Origin: Eledone cirrhosa
Taxonomy: Eukaryota
Assembly: GCA_964016885.1 (NCBI GenBank)
Contig: OZ024746.1
Coordinates: forward strand, 22,196,001-22,260,000
DNA length: 64,000 bases
Direction: 5' to 3'
The translations under genes were made by a program, and so were the position numbers. Below the pieces are notes generated by a model. That model saw only the letters and a list, made by a program, of their open reading frames with translations. It ran no database searches and was not told the origin of the DNA. Each line of letters starts with the position of its first letter. The stretch's first letter is position 1. Positions 63,780 to 64,000 of the stretch are shown in pieces.

Positions 63780-64000
63780 TATCCATTGCTCTTTGGCAAG
63801 ACAACAACTTCACACCAACAGTTTCTGTTTCCTATCAAGGTTTGTAGGTCATCCCTGTCAATTCCAGTGTCTCTTGCTAAGGTATCCTGGTATCTGAGCT
63901 TTCTGGTAGAAGAGATCTCCCACAACACAAAAGGTCTGAAACCATCTCATCTTTTCTGCGGAAACAATGACCAGCAAAACTTGTACAATGTTCAATCAGT
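63780..64000 (-). mobile_element. RTE-like LINE ORF2 C-terminal fragment
   Basis: minus strand FAGHCFRRKDEMVSDLL ... YQDTLARDTGIDRDDLQTLIGNRNCWCEVV. Confidence 0.65.

Overview
AT-rich, microsatellite- and SINE-laden animal genomic DNA. The repeat landscape suggests an octopus or other coleoid cephalopod (inference, not tested). The + strand carries the 3' part of a multi-exon DH-PH RhoGEF of the PLEKHG1/2/3 family. It has 13 candidate exons from 526 to a 3.4-kb terminal coding exon ending at 50182; the 5' exons lie upstream of the window. The post-PH linker is built from very small exons: 36 nt, an 11-nt phase-switching exon, two paralogous 24-nt microexons (SDPGFLRL and SDPGFSRI) 15 kb apart, and a 63-nt exon with a GC donor. 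The last exon of a convergent NUDT8-like Nudix CoA diphosphatase lies on the - strand (62336-62563). Introns hold tRNA-derived SINEs, RTE- and CRE-like LINE 3' ends, Tc1/mariner relics, MITEs and minisatellites. The most notable non-coding signal is a set of short elements, mostly inserted in (TA)n tracts, with partial-tandem and/or fold-back structure and hammerhead-ribozyme motifs (Penelope/retrozyme-like). One has an apparently intact type I hammerhead (3887-3966, -) and one is a ~193-bp-arm near-perfect palindrome (21213-21603). All exon, repeat and RNA-structure calls were made by eye; no database searches or folding computations were run.
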